A stretch of DNA of 32,000 nucleotides, from NCBI GenBank assembly GCA_002220235.1, contig FO082265.1; one strand, written 5' to 3'. Numbering within the stretch: position 1 is the stretch's first letter; every line of letters starts with the position of its first letter. This document shows positions 30,702 to 32,000 of this stretch, in pieces. Made by a program: the position numbers and the translations under genes. The notes under the pieces were generated by a model. It saw only the letters and a program-made list of their open reading frames with translations. It made no database searches and was not told the origin of the DNA. This stretch comes from Bathycoccus prasinos. Lineage: Eukaryota.

Positions 30702-31292
30702 TCAATGAAAGGCATTCTGAACTAAAGACGTGATATGCTGTGCTTTCCGCATACCAATCCCAGGAACACTGGCAAAACCAAGAACGGAAGTGTTCAGTAC
30801 AATCAGTAAGTCTGGGAAAATATTTATGAAAGTCGAAACATCTAATTTATTGAGACATGTTATTTCAGATAATGTCGAAAAAGTTATTGTGAGAAAGTCA
30901 AGATTATTGCACTCCCCAATTCCAGTTTCTTTGAGTAAAACTGTGATTGTTTCAACATATCTACCCAACTCTGCGTTATCCCAAGCAAGAATTAAAGATA
31001 TAGCATTTAAACAACAGAATTTATTTACCGCTTCAATGCTATTCACATCTGGAGTATCGACATAGCATATTAAAATTAATCTTTCAAATTCAATATTAAA
31101 AGTGCAACTTGAGAGATATTGAGGATTAGCAACTAAGTTACGAAGCGAAAGGTAAAATATGCATGTTTTTCGATCAGGAAAAGAGCCTCCTTGAATGTCT
31201 GAAAATTGTAGTTCAGTCTGGTTCACATATTGAAGCACAATATGTCCTCTGAGTGCATTGTTCATCAATAGTTCAGGATTTGCTTCTATCAT
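30702..31292 (-). CDS. ERCC1: DNA excision repair protein ERCC1 (short form, 196 aa), intronless
   Basis: ATG(31292)..TGA ORF. Collinear with the ERCC1 central and HhH2 domains: ..HIVLQYVNQ..TCIFYLSLRNLVANPQYL..ILICYVDTPD..AVNKFCCLNAISLILAWDNAELGRYVETI..; C-terminal GFASVPGIGMRKAQHITSLVQNAF (compare [23 protein letters not shown]). Confidence 0.85.
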   Translation of the reverse strand: MIEANPELLMNNALRGHIVLQYVNQTELQFSDIQGGSFPDRKTCIFYLSLRNLVANPQYLSSCTFNIEFERLILICYVDTPDVNSIEAVNKFCCLNAISLILAWDNAELGRYVETITVLLKETGIGECNNLDFLTITFSTLSEITCLNKLDVSTFINIFPDLLIVLNTSVLGFASVPGIGMRKAQHITSLVQNAFH

Positions 31293-31741
31293 AGTGGTTT
31301 TATACTAGATTCAAGACCAATCCTAATTATCCTTCATTTTAAAAGTTTTATACCCGTTTAACTATCGGGCAAATGGACCTTCTTCGTACACTTAATTCCT
31401 AGAAGAGTAAATATGGTGAGACTGATCAGTTTAAAAAGAAATTCTGAGTGAAGAGTGTCGAGATGAAGTTATCATATATGAACGAACAATATATCTGTCA
31501 GGAGATGAATCCTTCAATAATTTATCTTTGGCACTTTGCGGAGGAACGAGTCGTTCAAAAAGCTGCCAACTACCATATAGTATTTTGGAGAACCCGTTCA
31601 AAACTGCTTCTTTTTTTTATTTTTTCGTTTTCCCACCATACAGCTGTCGCTCAGTCCGTACACCCTCTCGTCCGTACACCCTAAAAATTAAGAACAAGAA
31701 CCGAGAGTGGTCGGAGTACTACTTGCGTCACGCACATACAG
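31293..31741. promoter_or_regulatory. head-to-head intergenic region (449 bp), presumed bidirectional promoter ERCC1 / MoaC
   Basis: Lies between the divergent ATGs 31292 (-) and 31742 (+). Contains a perfect 13-bp direct repeat 60-90 bp upstream of the MoaC ATG. Confidence 0.5.
31654..31682 (+). repeat. perfect 13-bp direct repeat gtccgtacaccct x2 (period 16)
   Basis: Copies are at 31654..31666 and 31670..31682, separated by ctc. Confidence 0.9.
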
Positions 31742-32000
31742 ATGAAGCGTTCACATCACACATTAAAATTATGTGAATCCCTCATACCTCGAACCCTTCT
31801 ATATACACCTACTTCTGATATTTGTAGATTTCAGACCTCTTACAATCGTTTGGTATCAAATTTTTCAACCACGAGAACAACTGCTTGGAAGAGCTCAATT
31901 TTTTTTGCTTCTGAGAAAGTGCTTACCCATACTGACAGTGCTGGAAACGCAAAGATGATTGATATAAGTGGTAAAGAAACGACAAGCAGGGTCGCCGTTG
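31742..32000 (+). CDS. moaC: cyclic pyranopterin monophosphate synthase MoaC (MOCS1B/CNX3-type), 3' end cut by window edge
   Basis: The frame is open from the ATG at 31742 to the window end. It is not in the ORF track because it has no stop. The last 26 aa, LTHTDSAGNAKMIDISGKETTSRVAV, match the conserved MoaC N-terminal block (LTH.D..G.A.MVDVS.K..T.R.A.A). They are preceded by about 60 aa of basic, hydroxylated, non-acidic sequence that looks like a mitochondrial presequence. Confidence 0.75.
   Translation, partial: MKRSHHTLKLCESLIPRTLLYTPTSDICRFQTSYNRLVSNFSTTRTTAWKSSIFFASEKVLTHTDSAGNAKMIDISGKETTSRVAV

Overview
This window is compact, AT-rich eukaryotic nuclear DNA, not a prokaryotic locus. 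By hand translation I place 17 protein-coding genes and one intron-containing tRNA-Leu(CAA), which account for almost all 32 kb.

Genes in order:
- INO1/MIPS (+, 5' partial)
- proteasome alpha-4 (-)
- DEAD-box helicase DDX49/Dbp8-like (+)
- GAR1 (-)
- RFC1 (+)
- NDC80 (-)
- histone H2A.Z (+)
- UTP20 (-, 7.5 kb, intronless)
- KDEL receptor ERD2 (+)
- secreted CPW-WPC-domain protein (-)
- tRNA-Leu (+)
- GT29 sialyltransferase-like protein (+)
- Kdo-8-phosphate synthase KdsA (-)
- AMT1-type ammonium transporter (+)
- biotin-protein ligase (-)
- RsuA/RluB-type pseudouridine synthase (+)
- ERCC1 (-)
- MoaC (+, 3' partial)

Nine of these genes need 61 GT-AG spliceosomal introns to restore conserved protein blocks. 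55 of the 61 are 41-69 nt. The other eight genes have none. Several ORFs in the six-frame track are wrong-frame or antisense artefacts of these split genes.

Main observations:
- All 17 protein genes alternate strand without exception, forming eight head-to-head pairs (ATG-to-ATG gaps 396-734 bp) joined tail-to-tail (stop-to-stop gaps 14-326 bp).
- A GT29 'sialyltransferase-like' gene lies tail-to-tail with KdsA.
- A CPW-WPC domain protein is present.
- RFC1 lacks the BRCT region.
- There are strong palindromic and direct-repeat candidates in the shared promoters.

I found no CRISPR array, mobile element, rRNA or prokaryote-style defence or operon system. Architecture and composition resemble what I recall for cyanidiophyte red algae (Galdieria-like). 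That is inference only.
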